A stretch of 64,000 bases of DNA from Desulfobacterales bacterium (lineage in GTDB: Bacteria; Desulfobacterota; Desulfobacteria; Desulfobacterales; UBA5852), in the NCBI GenBank assembly GCA_963674755.2, contig CAXXVS010000003.1, forward strand, positions 1,696,001 to 1,760,000, written 5' to 3'. Below, in pieces: positions 61,717 to 64,000 of the stretch. Below the pieces are notes generated by a model. That model was not told the origin of the DNA and ran no database searches. It saw only the letters and a list, made by a program, of their open reading frames with translations. Positions within the stretch are counted from its first letter, which is position 1. Every line of letters begins with the position of its first letter. Both the position numbers and the translations under genes were made by a program.

Positions 61717-63000
61717 ATGATAATTTTAATGTTGATTATTATGATCGCTTGTTTAGTGCTTGGGTTTCCTTTTATGGTAGCTCTCATAGCTGCACCTGCA
61801 GCAATTTTTCAAGAATATTTTCCCTTTTTAAGCAAGAGCATTCTCATTCAGCAAACCATAGGGGGCGTAAAGCCTATTTCTCTAATAGCCATACCCATGT
61901 TTATGTTTGCAGGCGACATTATGACCGCTGGTCACTCTGCGAATAGATTGCTTGATTTTGTAAGTGCATTTCTGCGTCATATCAGAGGTGGGCTACCCAT
62001 CGTAACTGCAGCAGGATGTACGGTTTTTGGAGCAGTTTCCGGATCTACTCAAGCTACTGTATGCGCAATAGGCGGTCCGCTAAGACCGAAACTTTTAGCT
62101 GGAGGGTATAGCAGCAGTTTCTCAACCGCTCTAATTATTAATGCGAGTGATATAGCATTTTTGATACCACCAAGTATTGGTATGATTGTTTATGGTGTTG
62201 TTACTGGAACCTCTGTTGGAGAATTATTTATAGCTGGAATAGGGCCGGGATTTTTTATTCTTATTCTATTTTCGATCTACTGCTACTTTTATGCTTCAGT
62301 AAAGAAAATGCCGGTCTTACCAAAAGCAACGTGGCGTGAACGATTCATCGCTGTAAAAGGCGCGATTTTACCCTTTGGATTTCCAGTAATCATAATTGGG
62401 GGGATTTATTCAGGTACTTTTAGCCCAACCGAGGCAGCTGCCTTTTCTGTCCTTTATGCCTTTATATTGGAGGTATTTGTATACAAAACTGTCAAAATAC
62501 GACAAATTCCATCGATCGCTCTGTCTACAGGAATTATAACAACAGTTGTGTTTATTCTCGTTGGCGTCGGCACTGCATTTTCGTGGACTATATCATTCGC
62601 TAGGATACCATCTTTAATCCTTCCTGGAATTATAGGCGATACACCAACAGATATTTGGGTTCTAATTGTGGTCTCCATCGCCTTTTTTATCGGCTGTATG
62701 TTTGTCGATCCCGTGGTCGTCATAATAATCTTAGCTCCCATTTTTCGCCCAGTTGTACAAGCGTTAGGTATTGACCCTGTATTAGTCGGGGTCATCGTAA
62801 CACTGCAATGTGCAATAGGATCAGCAACACCACCATTTGGATGCGATATTTTTACGGCTGTAGCAGTTTTCAGGAGGCCATATTTGGAAGTTGTGAAAGG
62901 AACACCCCCATTTGTAATAATACTCCTGTTTTCAAATGTTATCCTAATTCTATTTCCGGAAATTGCATTGTTTCTTAGGGACTTTGGTTTTGGAAAATAA
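61717..63000 (+). CDS. dctM: TRAP transporter large permease (TeaC-like)
   Basis: 'LIAIPMF', 'GAVSGSTQAT', 'LIPPSIGM', 'FSPTEAA', 'TPPFG'. Confidence 0.93.
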   Translation: MIILMLIIMIACLVLGFPFMVALIAAPAAIFQEYFPFLSKSILIQQTIGGVKPISLIAIPMFMFAGDIMTAGHSANRLLDFVSAFLRHIRGGLPIVTAAGCTVFGAVSGSTQATVCAIGGPLRPKLLAGGYSSSFSTALIINASDIAFLIPPSIGMIVYGVVTGTSVGELFIAGIGPGFFILILFSIYCYFYASVKKMPVLPKATWRERFIAVKGAILPFGFPVIIIGGIYSGTFSPTEAAAFSVLYAFILEVFVYKTVKIRQIPSIALSTGIITTVVFILVGVGTAFSWTISFARIPSLILPGIIGDTPTDIWVLIVVSIAFFIGCMFVDPVVVIIILAPIFRPVVQALGIDPVLVGVIVTLQCAIGSATPPFGCDIFTAVAVFRRPYLEVVKGTPPFVIILLFSNVILILFPEIALFLRDFGFGK

Positions 63001-63136
63001 CTGCTATGGAAGGGTTTGCTTTAATAAGTTTTATTTTTTTAGAAACTCAATTTTTTATCCTCATTTGGCGGCTCGCGTAGGTCGATTTCCAATAAACAGG
63101 CGTTCATGCGCTTAAATCGAAAGCAGGAGGGCTTTA

Positions 63137-64000
63137 ATGAAAAGTAATTTTCAACACAAGAGTTTGATTGTCGCACTGAGTCTGTTGCTATCTGTTTGCA
63201 TTTGTGGAACGGCTATGGCTAAAGAACAAGTATGGCGATTCGCCTTGGAAGAAATTGAAGGGACCTTACAGTATGCATTAGCTACCAAATTTAAAGATTT
63301 GATGGCTGATAAATCTAATGGTCAGATAATGGTTGAAGTTTACCCTTATGGCCAACTCGGCACCATTGACCAGATGACAGAATTATTACAAAACGGAGCC
63401 ATTCAATTTTCAATGATATCTCCCGGACACCTTGGCTCATTTATTCCCGAGGTACAGGTATTTTCAATCAATTATTTGTTCCCGGATGATATGGATGTGA
63501 TCCGTTCCGTCCTTAGAGGTAACAACGATACATTTCGTGCGTTGGGCCCACATTTTGAGAATAAAAAACTAAAACTTGTTGCCCTATTCTCAGAGGGTTA
63601 TCATCAGTGGACCACTAAGAGGCTTGTGCGCAACCCTGATGATTTTCAGGGGCTTAAAATGAGAGTTATGACTTCACCTATTCTTGTTGAAGCCTATAAG
63701 GCTTACGGGGCAAATCCAACCCCTCTGCCCTTCTCAGAAGTCTATAGTTCATTACAACTAAACATGATTGAAGGACAAGAAAATCCATACGCGACAATAC
63801 AAGAAATGAAATTCTATGAAGTAACCGATTATATGATAACAGCAAAACATAGAATGTATGTTGTTTCCATGTCGTCAAATGCTGCGTTCTTTAATTCGCT
63901 TCCCGAGAGTACCCAAAAAATGGTTCGTGAAGCTGTGAATGAGAGCCTTGAATATTACTATGGGTTTGAAAATGAATTTAATACAAAAAGACTTGAACAA
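63137..64000 (+). CDS. dctP: TRAP substrate-binding protein (TeaA-like), 3' truncated by the window
   Basis: Absent from the ORF track. SD AGGAGG, ATG at 63137, then 'MKSNFQHK...WRFALEEIEG...YPYGQLG...GLKMRVM...GQENP'. Open to the window end. Confidence 0.9.
   Translation, partial: MKSNFQHKSLIVALSLLLSVCICGTAMAKEQVWRFALEEIEGTLQYALATKFKDLMADKSNGQIMVEVYPYGQLGTIDQMTELLQNGAIQFSMISPGHLGSFIPEVQVFSINYLFPDDMDVIRSVLRGNNDTFRALGPHFENKKLKLVALFSEGYHQWTTKRLVRNPDDFQGLKMRVMTSPILVEAYKAYGANPTPLPFSEVYSSLQLNMIEGQENPYATIQEMKFYEVTDYMITAKHRMYVVSMSSNAAFFNSLPESTQKMVREAVNESLEYYYGFENEFNTKRLEQ

Larger units (their letters stand above)
56636..64000. mobile_element. AT-rich genomic island (continues past the window end)
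   Basis: Abrupt shift from GC-rich to AT-rich composition and codon usage, with an att-like left end. Confidence 0.85.

Overview
Bacterial chromosomal window. Gene content (PAS/GAF kinases, sigma54 regulator, HAMP-less MCP, characteristic short intergenic repeats) suggests a deltaproteobacterium/Desulfobacterota; this is inference only. Left to right: (1) an operon with an HTH protein, a Zn-ribbon/2TM/HAMP receptor lacking an output domain, and two PhnD-like binding proteins with no ABC permease; (2) a PAS/GAF kinase plus NtrC-type regulator upstream of a sigma54 promoter with palindromic enhancer-like repeats, followed by REC-kinase, cheW and MCP; (3) an accessory patch with small genes and pseudogene relics; (4) a complete E. 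coli-type nuoA-N operon (fused nuoCD) with a CBS gene between nuoA and nuoB; (5) DHOD-like, HMG-CoA lyase and biotin carboxylase genes; (6) a DeoR/GlpR-regulated CUT1 ABC transporter; (7) an oxidative pentose-phosphate cluster, a DMT exporter and an ECF sigma factor; (8) from about 56.6 kb an AT-rich island that starts at a displaced tRNA 3'-end (att-like site) and encodes an atypical M20 hydrolase, GntR, an atypical Alr-fold racemase, glutaminase and a TeaABC-like TRAP transporter, truncated at the window edge. Several structured MITE/REP-like repeats occupy intergenic gaps. All calls come from motif recognition by eye; no searches were run.
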